From assembly GCA_026770705.1 (NCBI GenBank), contig JANJGN010000119.1:930001-994000 (forward strand): a stretch of 64,000 nt of DNA, read 5' to 3'. Under the pieces are notes generated by a model. It was not told the DNA's origin. It searched no databases and saw only the letters and a program-made list of their open reading frames with translations. A program made the translations under genes and the position numbers. This DNA comes from Isurus oxyrinchus. Lineage: Eukaryota. Shown here in pieces: positions 1 through 13,497 of the stretch; within the stretch, counting starts at the first letter, position 1; each line of letters opens with the position of its first letter.

Positions 1-179
1 TTTTTCAGCACCCCCTCTTTTTTTTATTTCAGGTCGGCACCATGCACCGTGGTTTGTTTTTATAATGTTATATTAGAGTTTTAGGCACGTGTGAAATACC
101 TTCTTTGATAACTGCTACGTTGTCATTCTCGCTTTCCAACTTAACTTAAATTCCGATTTCACTCTTGACAATTATCCCT

Positions 180-1900
180 TCATACCGTTTGACATTTTTT
201 TTAAGTTCAAGACTTTGTAGGTCCTCTATTTTCCACTTCAAAACAAATGGGAATTTATATAATTTTATGGTCAATCTTGTTGGAAGGATACATAATCGTG
301 AGATCCATTCCTTCTCATTACCTCTGACATCTGTGCTTTTGTCCAGAAGGCATCGTTCTCAGTAATTATTCTATATGCATTTTCGGAACTCCCTCTCTAG
401 TTGACTATTGACATGTCAATTCCCCCCAGCTTTGGAATATTCAAACAGCTACTGGAATATATTTGTATAAGTCCTTACGATAATGGTGATGGTGACGGTA
501 ATGATGATGATGATAATTAGTGTTATTATTATCATCATTAATACTTGTAGTTGTTAATATTACTATCATAATTTTGATCTAACGTCTGTCCTCTAGTGTA
601 GCTAGTGTTAGAGGGGTAAGAAACAAATTTGAACATTGACATACTTTTTCCCGAAACTTGTTATTCCAAAATAATGCCCGACCTACAATTTCTGAGCCAA
701 GATTATTTCTTACTCCATAATTGATCTCATAATCTATTAGCTATCACATTTTACGTTATTTTGCTCCTATCATTATGAAATGGCAAATGCCCATGAAAAA
801 TTAATTCCAGCTTGGTAACTTTGGCTCCACGTTTATGCAGTGACGTCCCTGTCATAGCCTTCTATTTTCATTTGTGTCCATCTGGACCGAACGTGATTCA
901 AGCAAAGCGTGACCTAACAGTGCCGCGTTTATTTTCGAATTGTGGTTCTAGGACAACACGAATGAAAAACTAGTTCTCCAGTGCGAATCTTTGAACATTT
1001 CTCTCTCTCATGTTAATTACCCGACGCCAAGTTTCTAGAGGCTGAGGCAGTAATGCGCTGGTCGTTATGTTTGTGATCATTTTTTTTTCTTTTGGGACTC
1101 ATGGACTCTGTTGCACAAGTAGCATCTATCCACCCACCTGTACAATGGTCAGATCAATAAAATTTCCTTTCAACATCCCTCACTTGGATTCTCTCTTCAA
1201 TCACGGCTCATCTGTTAGGTAATTTCAGTTCTCATTCATACAAATTGCAGGAACCTCAATTCTACTGGATAAATCTAAGGGTTTAGGAGCATCCAATGCT
1301 ACCTTTCTGACCCCCGGGTCCCCCAGGTCTCCCTCATTCTCAGTCACACACTCTCCTGCCCTTGTCCACAGGACAATTGTGAACTACCTTACCTAAGCAA
1401 CTTTTTTTCCTCGTAGAACAATACATACAGGTGACTCCCTAAGACACTGAAGTTTCACAAACTCGAATTCCAGCTCATGAAACCTGAACCATATTTTCTG
1501 TAGCGGCTGGAATCTCCTGCACATGTAGTTGCTGTGGATGACACTGCTGTCTACCAGCTCCCACGTGTGACAACAATAACCCATCACTTGCATTGCATCT
1601 CCGTTGTATTCTGTTTAATTACTTAGGATGAACAATTTAAAAATATCACTCAGTGATACACTGCAATAATATTATATAGTTTAACGAGCTTAACTGTAAA
1701 CGTAATACACCAATTTAATTCTATTTCAGATTAAACTACAGTCCTGGTTGACAGTGAAAATGAATTCATGAAACTCGCCAGCCAAACACCACTTGAATAA
1801 CATTTATTGTGCTGGAAATTGACTCTCAGGCTTCGCTGCCTCTCGCTTCAACAATCCACCTGAAGCTTGTTTTGTAAAAGATGGCAATGGAACTTTCTAC
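180..1900 (-). mobile_element. Decayed CR1 LINE 5' portion (ORF1 and endonuclease region)
   Basis: ORF 1393-1593 (QVMGYCCHTWELVDSSVIHSNYMC..ELEFEFVKLQCLRE) resembles the zinc-finger/coiled-coil of shark CR1 ORF1; degenerate endonuclease-region sequence at about 250-800. Confidence 0.7.
481..570. repeat. Low-complexity (GAT/ATT)n degenerate microsatellite
   Basis: taatggtgatggtgacggtaatgatgatgatgataattagtgttattattatcatcatta. Confidence 0.7.
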
Positions 1901-2089
1901 CTTCCTGTTGCAGATAACCCGACACAACAAATATCCCTGTTCAGTAATCTGTTGAAGGTGTATTATGTGGTGCTGGGCTCCATGTGACCCTCTTCAACCC
2001 ATGTTTTAAAAAGACCCTAATGTCAAGAATTATTGGCGTGTTTTCCCTTCAGCCATTGGAAGAGCAAGTATCTCTGCAATACTTCCTTC

Positions 2090-3500
2090 ACTTCAGCAAT
2101 TTAACGCTCCAACAAAATTTAATTGGCTTCTGGTGGGACACCTGCCCCTCGGATGGGGGAAGGACCGACCTGGAGACTGCCAGCAAATCTGAATGATCGG
2201 CAGATCTCTAGATCGTGAAGTGCCTAAAACTGCAGTGTACAGAATTGGGTCTGCAAGCAGCTCCCAGCGGCTAATGCCAACATTTTTAAGATCGTATGGG
2301 TTATCTCCCCCTCCCCCATCCCTCAGCCCCCGTCCGATGAGTCTGCGGGGAACATACCTGTGTGACTACGGTCTGCTTGCCAGCGAATTATTGCTCCAAC
2401 AAACAATAATTAGCTGCATGCCTGGCTTCTTCAACTCACTTGGGAGGATGTCCTGCATTAATGAGCTGCTAACAAATCTGATTGCCTGACAGCTCCCTAG
2501 TCCCTGCAGTGCCAGCAGCTGCAGTGACCAGGGCTGGTAATACCTGGGGTTCAGGAATAGGTAATATACAGGGGTAGCAAGGAGGCGGTTTTATTGGAGG
2601 CCAGGGTTGAGTGGACAGTAGGGCATTGAATTGACGGGGAGAGACCGGAAGGAGGGATTAAGGGAAAGCCAGCAGTTTCGGGTCTGAAAGGGGGAGGAGC
2701 TAAGTTAATAGGCGTCTTCTGATGGAAGACAACCCTCATTTGTCGCCCGAGGCGTAAAGGCCATTATGTTCGAAATTAATTACAGCTGGGAACTCCTCCC
2801 GATACATTACATAATGAAGCAGGTTGGGGTGTGGCCATTAAGTGCACATATAGTGGACATTTATGGGCATTAATTAAGGTATCTCTGGGCAGCCCGCTGA
2901 AAGTCCTGCCATCCCTGTGCAAAATTCCAGTGAGCCTACGGCTTGCAGGAACACAGCATGATGCACATCCATGGAATTTCTCCCTAGCCAAAAAACTCCA
3001 AACACGTAATGGGGAAATGTACATTTCAGAAAAATGGAAAACGTACGCTTTCGAATTTCCAGGGTGGGGATGTCAGGTGATTCCTGGGGAGAGCAGCAGT
3101 GTTGGGATTCGGTGTCGGTTGATAGATGGGCCTGCATGAAACCACTTAATGATGGAGGCTTTCTAGCTGGAGGCCATACGTTGATTGGTGGCTGCGCGTG
3201 CCCGCTCCCCCTTCACACATGAGGGCTGAAGAGGGAAATTTCCTGGCTCCTGAAATAAGCCTCAAGATTGAAACAACATGGAAATCAACCCTTAAGTTGT
3301 CAATAATTGTCCACATATGGGCCTCTTTTGGGGAGGGGAGGTGCTCGACATCCGAGCATAAATTTATGGCAGGCAGGGGCCCCAGGGCAAAGCATCCTGG
3401 AATGCAATCAAACAGGCTTTTCAAGCTCCCCCTTTACCGCACACCACTCGTCCCTGACACACCCACTCCATCTCTTGGCGGGGAATTTGTGAATTATGTC
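2090..3500. mobile_element. GC-rich non-autonomous DNA-transposon-like (Harbinger-type MITE) remnant
   Basis: GC-rich block with ggcgggg..aatt type end and internal ttaagtg/cattaatta quasi-palindromes, similar in style to 40560-41255 and 42830-43565. Confidence 0.45.
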
Positions 3501-3889
3501 TGATATTCAAATCAAAAGATAGCCGAGGCCAAAACCATGTTGACGTTTTCCTTGTTTTATGTGCCATTCATTCAATGTAGTCATCAACAACTCAAGCAAA
3601 ATCATTCAGCATGATCTGTTGATAACACATTTGTAATGCTTTAGAATATGCAAATCACTTTTGTTCGGTTGACAGTTAACTGTGAACCAAATTATCCTTT
3701 CTGAGGCATTCCAACAATCAAGATTAAAATGAATGACCTGTAGCTTTGCATACTTTTTTGAAGGATGTAAGATTTGCCGTTCCCCAGGTCTCCCACACAG
3801 CCCCTGCACCATAGGAGGTAATTTTGATTATGGACATTGCCTCTACAATTTCCACACTTACTTCTCTTAGTATCCATGGACGATCAGAT

Positions 3890-4590
3890 CAACGAGACAA
3901 CAACTTACATGGGAGCATACCAAAATAGGTTGTATAATCACTGGTGGTCATAGCGACAACATGATTTGATGCAAAAGTATGTTCAGAAATGTTTGCATGT
4001 GGGTGCAATTCGGAGGTCCAAGTGTTGGTACCTACGATTCTGCTGTTCTAGACTGGGATATTCAAGATATACACTGGCTCATTGTTTGAAGCATCAATGC
4101 CCACATGGCAGGCATTGAAATGATCGTGCAAAAGAAGGGTTGGCCCCAACGTTGCCTTAAGAAAATAGGTTCTACTGTGATATGCCAAAGTGAAGCTGTA
4201 GTATTCATTCTCAGAGCACCGCTCTGAACTGGAGTTTTGACATTCAGTGGTATGAAAACAAAATATATCTGATAATGGCAAGTAGGCATCTTCCCACATC
4301 AAGAATTACTAAATTGTGGGATCTTTGCATGAAAACATAAAAGAAAGCTATATCTCAGAGGAAAGTGCCACAGGATTATAATGGAGGTTTTCCACACATT
4401 TAATACTAATTAGACATAGAAGCCTCGCACTCACATTCTGGAGCTCAAAATTGACATTTAGTTGCAAGAAAATAAAAGAAATCTTAATTCCGATTATTCA
4501 TCCTCCATCCACAGGGATCGAATTTTATTTGCTGGCCAATTTTAACTCTGCACTTTTTCACATTGCTGCCAACAGGGACAAAACTGATGA
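3890..4590 (+). mobile_element. Decayed retroviral env SU-like fragment (non-foamy, possibly SnRV-related)
   Basis: Frameshift-joined translation QLTWEHTKIGCIITGGHSD..RNVCMWVQFGGPSVGTYD..AHMAG..GWPQRCLKKIGSTVIC..TKLWDLC..HRSLALT..PPSTGIEF, ending in a degenerate RTK(R)D furin-like site near 4575; family assignment from memory. Confidence 0.35.
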
Positions 4591-4889
4591 GATGAAATCC
4601 TGTTCTGTTGTACATTTCCCAAGACTCTATCACGATATTTTCTCTGACATTTGATGTTCAAGTTTGCCCAATATCAGGATGTATCAGTATAAATCCAGAG
4701 TCTAATGGATCCATTGCTCCTCGCCACATTTCTCCTCCACAGTGGCTTTTCTGAGATATGAGCACGTAATCAATGGAGAAAACGAAATTCCTCATTAACA
4801 ATTCTCAGCAAAAGGTTCATTTTAGCAACCTACCTCTTATCCCAAAGAGCAAGAACGTGTGTTGGAAATTGCTCCTTGGGGTGAGCAGT

Positions 4890-5270
4890 TTCCATCTTGG
4901 TTTAAATTAGACTGAAATACTGTATGACATATTAATTAACCACTTCCTTCACGGACACTGCACTGACTCGAAAACAGTTGTGTTCAACACAAGTGGAGAG
5001 ATCAGCACAGAAGTAGGAACCATTCCAGTAACAGGAGCTGATACTGGCATGTTGTTAACCGAAAATCATCTCCATTGGCAACGTTAGAATTCAGATTCTC
5101 TGCTGTTCCTTTTTAACACTTTTTTCTTAATTTTTAGTTAATCCTGTTGGAATTACTCAGCTGTGTGATGCCAAACTTAAGATATATTCCATCTTCAAAC
5201 CATTAACTGAGCAACAACTTGAAGAAGAATTGTCATTCACATACCCTGTGTTTCCTGAAACCTCATTTAT
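4890..5270 (-). mobile_element. Foamy-virus-like env copy E, part 3 (TM membrane-proximal region)
   Basis: ILLQVVAQL/NGLKMEY vs prototype foamy virus (PFV) HLVGIIAKIKGIKIEV; TAENLNSNVANGD vs KAELLRLDIHEGD; SISV*FKP vs SLLGYLKP. Confidence 0.5.
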
Positions 5271-6056
5271 GTGTCTGCCGGGGGGACAAGAAAGCGGGGA
5301 GGCTTTATTGAGAATTACGGATTTACAGGCCTAGTTATTAAAAAAAACCCAGAGGAAAATTTTAATTTCTAATTTTAAGTGTTATGTTTGAGATGGAACT
5401 CAAAATTCAGGAATCAGACCACCAGTTCTTGAGGTTTTATATTACATTAATTGAAACAGTTTATTAATAAACATAGGTTAAGACATATACTCATGGTTAG
5501 AATTCATTACTAACAAAACATTTAACAAATTATAAACTAACCGTATTGTGGCAAAAGCAACCCAAAAACTTAACCAAACACCAGGCAAAGCATGTTCACC
5601 ATACAAATTCACAATGTTATTTTCACTGTCAAGCCAGTTGGAGCCCTGCAGCTGCTTTTGATCTCAAATTCTCTCTGCTCTGTTCACCCGACAAGAGCTG
5701 AAGTTCTTCATACCCCTAATTAATCAGTACAAATTATCATTGCCTGACCAACCTCTTTGAATTTCACCGACAAACAATCAAACCTTTTCATAGTAACAAT
5801 TTCATCATTAATGTAAACATGTGGCTTGGCATCTGCTAGATAGGCGTCAAGTTCTCACCCCATATTTTGAATGCTCTATTCAAAAAATGGAAATGCACGC
5901 TATCTCCCTTCAATATCAAAACTAATTCCCATCAAAGCACACATACCCCAGACTAGCTGGCTTTAATCCAATTAAGACACACCCGAAGACTAAAACTTAA
6001 TTTCAAAATAAAAAAAATATTTTCCAAAATATTATAAACATTAATATCTAAAGGCA
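5270..6056 (-). repeat. 3' LTR of Gmr1 element 1
   Basis: Aligns with 11053-11778 (tgttatgtttgagatg, aacaaaacatttaacaaatt, aacaccaggcaaagcat, aagacacacccg); adjacent PPT at 6057-6066. Confidence 0.85.
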
Positions 6057-6428
6057 TTCCCCTCTTAAGCGAAAGATGAGCCACCGTAATTCTAAAAAGA
6101 CAGCCATATCATAATTACCCATTTCATGCTATCTCCTTTATTCATTATACTAACAAATTACACGATCCATGCATTAACATAATAATGTATTTTAAAAAGC
6201 ACTTGGTATCAACAAAAATCACTCCAGTTCAGTGTCCAGGATATTTTTTTATGTCCCAACTTATCTTAAGCTTTAAATTATTGATATCTGTGAACATATT
6301 TTCCCTTCCAGCAATATGTATAATGTGTAGATTAAACGGATGTAATAATAGATCCATCTGAAAAGCTTTGAACTTTTGTATTGACATTTGTCCAAAAACT
6401 TCAACGGAGCACGGTCCATTGAATCAAT

Positions 6429-6502
6429 AGTTTATGATGAATTGTTTGCAACATGAATTTCAAAAGTTTATGATGAATTGTTTGCAACATGAATTTGAAA
6501 AG
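6429..6502. repeat. 36-bp tandem duplication within RNase H region
   Basis: tttatgatgaattgtttgcaacatgaattt(c/g)aaaag occurs twice in tandem. Confidence 0.9.
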
Positions 6503-9500
6503 ACCACAATGCGAGCACCAGACTCAAAGTATCATTCTCGACTAGTTAATATCTAAATTTCCTATCTGTTTTTCAATTCCAATGCCATCTTCTTGTAGGA
6601 GCAAACCCCATTAGTTATATCGGTTGCATCAGCTGCCAACTTGAATTGCTTGGCATGACTGTGTGCTGCCAATATTGCTGCCGTAATTAATACAGTTTTC
6701 AGTGTCTCCAGTGTCCATTGAAACTTCTTGTTCTTTATAAATAGTTCAATCTGTGGTGTAACCACTTGCCTATAATTGGGTGCAAATGTCCGGTAAAACC
6801 CATTCATGCCCAGAAATCTCAATATTTCTCATTCTGTTGTAGGCACTGGGAAATTCACGACAAACTTCACTTTCGCAATGCGCGGAGCCACCCTACCATT
6901 CCCAATGATATGGCCTAGATGGGTAACTTGCGCTTTTTCACATTCACATTTAGCCAAGTTGATAATCAAATTAGCTTCATGTAGTGGAGTAAATAATTCT
7001 TCCAGATACTATAAGTGTTCCTGCAACAACTGTCTGAAAACAATTAGATCATCAATACGAACACAATTGCTTAGACCCACAATGGCTTTCTTTGCCAGTC
7101 TCTGAAATACCAAATGGCATGACTTTCAACTAACTTCGTCCACTTGGCGTTACAAAAACTGATATCTCCTTTGCTCTATGCCACAAAGGCACGTGGCACT
7201 AGCCTTTGAGCAAGCCTATATTTGTGTTAAATCTCGATTGTCCCACTTTCTCAATGCAAACTTCCAACTGTGGTGGGGAATATGAGTCTGCCTTAGGCAC
7301 CGAACTCACTTTCCAATAGTCCACAAACAGTATTTGATTTCCAATTGGTTTCGGCACCAGTACAATGGGCGAAATACAGGTACTGCAAGGACTCTCAATG
7401 ATATCATTTTAAAGCAGGAAATCAATTTATTATTGTACATGTGATAACTGTGTCGGATTTTAACTGTAAGGATGTTGCCTTATTGAAGATGAAAGTGCAC
7501 CGAGACATCAAATGTAGCTAAATGTTCGTTTCACAACCTATTTGCACAAACATGTTTGTGTGACTGCATTAGCTTTTTCAAATCACGTTGAAATTTGTTT
7601 GGAAGGTAACTTCATATTTCATTTAAATTTTCAAGCATCCCCACTTTATCTAATTTGATTAAAGTGGTATCGATTTCAGAGTCATGTAGCTGTAGCTCTA
7701 TCTGATCATCCACCATCATTAACAACTCTTTTTATTCCTCTTACCTTTCGAAGTACTTCTCAAGCATATTTATATGAACACCCTCTGCTTCTTTCTTCTA
7801 TCTGTAATAATTAGTAAATGATTTACTTCATTCAAGTTATTTTCAACTCTGTAAGGATCCATATATCTTGCATTTATGGAATCCCCTAGTGCTGGAAGCA
7901 AAACTAATACTTTCTCCTCAGTTCAAGACTGCTAATTATAGCCTTCTTATTTGCTTCCACTTTCATTTCTTGATGTGATACTTTTAAATGTTCCCCGGAC
8001 AACTCACATGTTATGCTCAAAATTTCCCTAGGTTTGATAAGTAACCCAGGAGAATAGTTTCTGAATTTTAACTGAATAATTTCTGATGATTCAATTTCAC
8101 TGGTCCCCCTACCTCATGACCATAAACGTGTTCAAATGGACAAAAGCCAGTAGATCCATTCAAAGCATCGCTAATAACCAGTAACTGACATGGAATTCCG
8201 GCATACAAATCCCGAGCATAATTCTGACAGTATGCTCTTAACATAGTTTTTAAAGTTGATGCCACCCTCCCAATGATCCTTTTGAATCTGGATGTTAAGC
8301 TGTTGACTTTACCCCACACTATTCATTACTTCTGTAAAAAGCTGTGTCATGAAATTTTACCCCTGATCTAATTGTATTCCCTTCAGTGTACCGTATCTGA
8401 TAAAACAAATAATTATCTACTCCTCAAATTTCTTAGTTGCAATATTTGTTAAATAATTTACTTCAGGAAACCTAACAGGCAGATCCATTATTGTCAATAA
8501 CAAACGATTTCCACTTTTCATTTTGGTGAGTTGCCCTACACAATCAATAATGAAGCTGGTAAAAGATTCGCCAAATGCAACTATACAGATTAATGTTGCA
8601 GGCTTAATCAGTATTTATTATTTTCCTGTTACTTCACAATTATGACCCTTTCCACAGAATTTAACCAAGTCTCTATGCAATCCTGGCCAAAAAAAGAAAA
8701 TAAAAACCTCTCTATATTTTCATGTTTTTCTCCTGATTCCTAAATGTCACCACTCGCACCAGCGCCTATTCCCCCACCCCACCCTTCCCTCGCCCGTCAA
8801 CACCACCCGCCCCTTTGGAATTTAATGATTAATCCTTAGAATCTCATTTCTATAACCTAATGGGATATTAATTTGACGGAGATCCCTTCAACTCTCAGCT
8901 GCTGAGACATGATTCCACTTCCGTTTTTTCATTAATATATTCCCTCGAAGATAATAACATACTGGAATAATCTTAGCTTCGGTTTCTGAATAAGCTTTCT
9001 GATCAAACTCTTTTAATTGCAAATAATTTTCCTGTAACTCCACTAACCTCTTGACTTAAACACTTCAACTGAACTGTCCAGAATGCCTTCCTCTTGAGCA
9101 ATATTATCCAATACACTTACAGCTAAAAGGATTTCGACACCTTCTTATTGCGTTTGAACTGTCTGCTTATCTTGATTCTTTTGTTCTTCCCTAATGGCTT
9201 TGGATCCTGTTATAACACAATCACGAAATCATCAAGGATGTTCCTTCTGTTGCACTTCTGTTGAAAACACTTCTACAGGCTGCTAAACTACCATAGGAAG
9301 CACACGCATTTGCGTTTCAGCTATATAATTGCCCAGACAAAAATGAACCACTGTAATGGACAATATTTCCACCGCTCCAACTATAACTTCACCCGCCTCC
9401 CATCTGCCCTTTAAATTTCCTTCCACGCTGAAAAGAATTGGAGTCTCCATGAACCCCACTATTTATTATCTTCTCCTGTAACACACTCTGTCAACAAAAA

Positions 9501-11034
9501 ACAGCACTATCCCACAAACATTAATGGTTAACCAGTCTTTGTGACTTTTCAAATTTTAATATCTAACATATGGAAAGACTTTTTCTTCACCAAAAAAATC
9601 TTTCAACATTTCTGCAACCTGTTCCTCAGAATTTTCTTGTGTAAACTGTGAACGCAATCCATATTCTTTATATTTCACTGACTCTCACTGTTACACATGT
9701 ACACAAACCATTGGTTTCTCCTGATCCTGAACCTCGGACCCACAGTACCTTTAGTTTCAGAGCTTTTCTGCACCCCAGTAATTGCTGCAGATTTTTCTTG
9801 AAACACGCTGACTTGTTGTGCCCTACTTAACTACATTGAAAATGCCCCAATTTCTGAATGTCACTTCTGACTTCAGCTGTCATCATTTTGTTCTTAAAAA
9901 TACTTCCTGGGAACTTCCAGCTTCTCACTCTCTTAAAGGATTGCCTCCCTTCCTTTCACCATTCCTCGTTTAAAAAAAAACAATTTGAAAGGATGACAGA
10001 GAAAAGGTTTTAGATCTACAAACTAATTTGTAATCTCTACTATCTCTGCTGCTTGTCTTAGAGAATCAATCCTCTGTTCATCCACATGAGTTCTCATAAG
10101 GAAGAGATTGAAAATTTAAATTCTTCCAAAAGAATGACTCCACTAAGTGCTGCATAGGTTGTCTCTATTTTTAATGCACACATCCAACGTTGAAAATTAT
10201 TATTTTTTTAATCTTTCAAACTAAATATAATATTCCGAAAATTGTTATCTCATATCCTTCAATTCCTATCTGTGTGCTTCATGAACCAACGCATGCGTAA
10301 CCAAACCAACTTTTTCAGCACTGCATAATTCACCAAAATTTCTTCTTAAATCGTATCATATACCTGATGCCCACTACCTTAGAAGTTACACTGTTGTAAT
10401 AATGTTCAGTTTTCCTGTGACCATTTCATATGTTTAGCTAACTTGTCAGGCCGAAATGAAGAATGCTACAACATTTTATCCTCAAGATTTGGGAGAGCTT
10501 ATACAAAGTTAAACGTATCCCTACTGGGTTCTAATCTGGAGACAAATCCTTCCCCACCTGTTGACATCAATTTTTAACTGCCGTTTTCATTTGGAATTTT
10601 GTTTTTCTCTCTCTTTCTATTTCCTCAATCCCCATCTTTACAATTTTTAATTCCCTTTTAAAAGCCATTGCTCTATCCTTTGCTTCTAATTAGTTTTTTT
10701 TTCATTTGCAACTGAAGCCTCACCACCTCCAGCTGTGACCCACAAGTATCTTGTTTAACATCTAACTATAGATGTTGCTCTATGCTTTTAACTATACCAG
10801 ATTTCATAGCCCCACAATTAACCTCAATTATGACTTAACTGCCAACTCTGTTAAATTAATTCTGGTTATTCTTTTCAAATCAATCAGTGTTCCCCCTTCT
10901 AGTCCCAGAGATGTTTTAGCAATTGCCGAAGACAACCTGCTATCCCATCAACTCTGAAATTCAAAGTGCCTCTCGAGCTAGTAAGCTTCAGATTCACCAA
11001 ATCGTAACCAAACGAGGAATAAGAATTACATTGT

Positions 11035-11051
11035 ATGCCCGACGATCTCCA
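11035..11051 (-). promoter_or_regulatory. Degenerate tRNA-Pro primer binding site, element 1
   Basis: Minus strand TGGAGATCGTCGGGCAT vs canonical TGGGGGCTCGTCCGGGAT, directly 3' of the 5' LTR. Confidence 0.6.
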
Positions 11052-11052
11052 T

Positions 11053-11778
11053 TGTTTTTTTGCCCAATGCAGTTAGTAAAGCGGGGTAATTAAAAAAAAA
11101 TCAGAGGGTAATTTTAAACAGTTGTCATAACCTATACATGTACATGTTATGTTTGAGATGCAACGATAAATTTAGGAAACAGGCCACCAGTTAGCGAGAT
11201 GTTACATTAAATTAATTGAAACATTTTATTAACTTATATATTTTAAATATATGCACGTGGCTATGAACAAAACATTTAACAAATTCCCAAAATAACCTCC
11301 ATTGCGGCAAAAGCCACCCATAGACTTAACCGAACACCAGGCAAAGCATTTTCTATTTCAAGATTAACAATGATGTTTCTTTCAAGTCAGATGGAGTCTT
11401 GCCTTTTGATCTCACGTTGCCACTGCTCTGTACACCCGAAAATTGCTAAAGTTATAACTACCACCAATGATTCAACCAAATCTCCATTGTCTGACCAGCA
11501 ATTTCCAACTTCACCTTTTAAGAAAGAAACCATTTACTATAAATTTTATTATTAATATAAACATATGGCTTAGCATCTGTTAGATTGGCATCAAGCTTTC
11601 ACAGAAAATCCTGAATATTCCACTTAAAAATCCAAATGCACATTACCTATTTTCGATAACAACACTAGTGTCCATCAAAGCACCCAGGCTACCAACCTTA
11701 AAGACACACCCGCAAAGTAAACATTTATTTTAACATAAAAATATGCTCCAGAAAAATTACGTTAATTGTTTCATGACA
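11053..11778 (-). repeat. 5' LTR of Gmr1 element 1
   Basis: Paralogous to 5270-6056; TG...CA ends. Confidence 0.85.
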
Positions 11779-11789
11779 TTAATCTTAAT

Positions 11790-12625
11790 GGGCAGCTACA
11801 GTGCAACGTATGTCAGTAAAATACGGATTGGAGGCTGTAGGACCAATGCATACATTGCGATAATTGTATGAGCACGTATGTTATGAGTTGGCAATGCAAT
11901 GGCTGGATATTTATTTACAGTACACGTGAGACCAGTGTTACATATCTAGATCGGTATTTGCAGTACAAGTGACGCCCGTGAAATATCTAGATGGGAGGTT
12001 AAATCATAAGCGATATCATTGATGCATCTAAAGTTGTAGCATATTGTTAAAGAGTGATATATTTAAATGAGTAATGAATCCAGTAATAAAAGTGCCTATT
12101 AATTACAATCCATTGAGGCCACTCAAATATCTATAAGGTCCATTTGAGTAGCAGTAAGGTCAGTAATGTATCTGCATGTGTACCTGTTGTAAAATTAAGG
12201 TGGTCAATATCTTGCTTGGTGCAACCAAATCTATTAAAATAGCATGATCGACACAATATAATTCCCTCAAGGAAGAAGTTCTTATCATTCCAATTCGGCT
12301 TGAAGAAATTGTTCATAGACCATGTTGCACCACAGTATTTCATTTGAGAGTAACAGTTGGCAAATGATTTTCAGAACAAAATGCATTGAGACGTACATGA
12401 TCAGGAGGAGCATAGCCAGTATAAATGCTGATAGCATTTTTCCACTCTTGGGGCAAATGTAGCCTACAGTGTCCAGACTACTGGTTCGATTGCAAGTGGA
12501 GGCAACAATGCAGTCAATGCTTAATCAGGGTTAAAGAGATTCCATTTTAACTTCCCTGTTATGTACTCGCACCACTATTTCCGAAGCCCCAGGTAGCATG
12601 TGCGATGGTAACTATTGTTCCAAAA
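11790..12625 (-). mobile_element. Foamy-virus-like env copy E, part 2 (SU C-terminus and TM)
   Basis: FWNNSYHRTC..WCEY vs PFV FWRSK..TKC..RCLY; LPPLAIE vs PSPICIE; FAQEWKNA vs LYQECKLA; IYTGYAPPDHVRLNAF vs NYTGTPVNEMPNARAF; NDKNFFLEGIILCR..TKQDI vs NDENLQQGIYLLR..TLHDI; GFITHLNI vs GQLTHVTI. Confidence 0.75.
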
Positions 12626-12626
12626 T

Positions 12627-13497
12627 TTTCACGACTTACTGCGGATTGTGGGCTGCAATATTCAGCCCACTGCTCCCTGAGCCACGACAAATGTGAAAAG
12701 ATTTATCAAACCACTTAATTGTTCAGTTGAGGTTAACAAAATACGAAAACCAGTATTTTAAACTTAATTAGTTAATAATTTTGTTTTGGCAATAGAACAA
12801 TGTATGAAGTGCTAATTTCTAACTATATAACCTAAATTCTAGATCTTACTAAATTCTTATAAAAACCTTCTTATATCCCTTACATATGCATGATGCATAA
12901 TGCACACAAAAACATGCATTTCAAGGGTCAGATAAATAGATCAAAAACAACAATTGCAGAGTGCAAGACTCGATGAGTTGATTTTTCATTGGTAGTTTCC
13001 AAATTACATTTTACTTTTGTCGATTGCCAGAGTTGTTCTTCCCAGCACTTTTATTTCTTAGTTCACTCCTTGTGCACTTGCTTTTCAATGTCCCTAATGG
13101 TGGTTTCCGCTTTTACTCTTGACGAATTTTTCCCCCCAAAAAATAGCTGTTATTGGAGACTAACTGGAATCGTGTATTATTCCAGTGCTGAAAGAACAGG
13201 AGTTTTCACTTATTTTCTCCTTTCTGTCTAGGAGCTTTTCTCTGCTGCACTACACTCCCACACACAAAAATAAATTCTTTTCACCTAGTCAGCGCCCAAT
13301 TAAAATGCTGGTGTCAGGCAATTCCACATTAGACCAGACTCTTCCTTGGCACCATTCTGTTTTTCAAGATACATCCTGTTCCGGGACAGCAACATTGTAT
13401 ATATCTTTCAAATTGTTCCAGTAGACATGTCTTTCAAAGTACAGCCATTGTAATTTTAATACACATTCCAACAGGAAAAAATGAATATCCTTTACAT
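12627..13497 (-). repeat. 3' LTR of Gmr1 element 2
   Basis: Aligns with 17630-18525 (ctgcaatat, acaaatgtg, tgctaatttct, aagggtc.gataaa, ccattgtaat). Confidence 0.8.

Larger units (their letters stand above)
5270..11778 (-). mobile_element. Gmr1-type Ty3/Gypsy LTR retrotransposon 1, decayed, near full length
   Basis: Two LTRs, PBS and PPT; gag with CCHC knuckle (about 9800-9850); integrase 7800-8900 (IIDCVGQL..IMD..RFPE; TGFCPFEHVYGHEV) lies upstream of RT (about 6900-7500) and RNase H (FLGMNGFYRTFAPN..FKLAADATD). Confidence 0.9.

Noticed and set aside
5000-5035. NGSY motif matching foamy TM KNGSY
   Set aside because: Out of order relative to the better collinear matches around it; treated as coincidence
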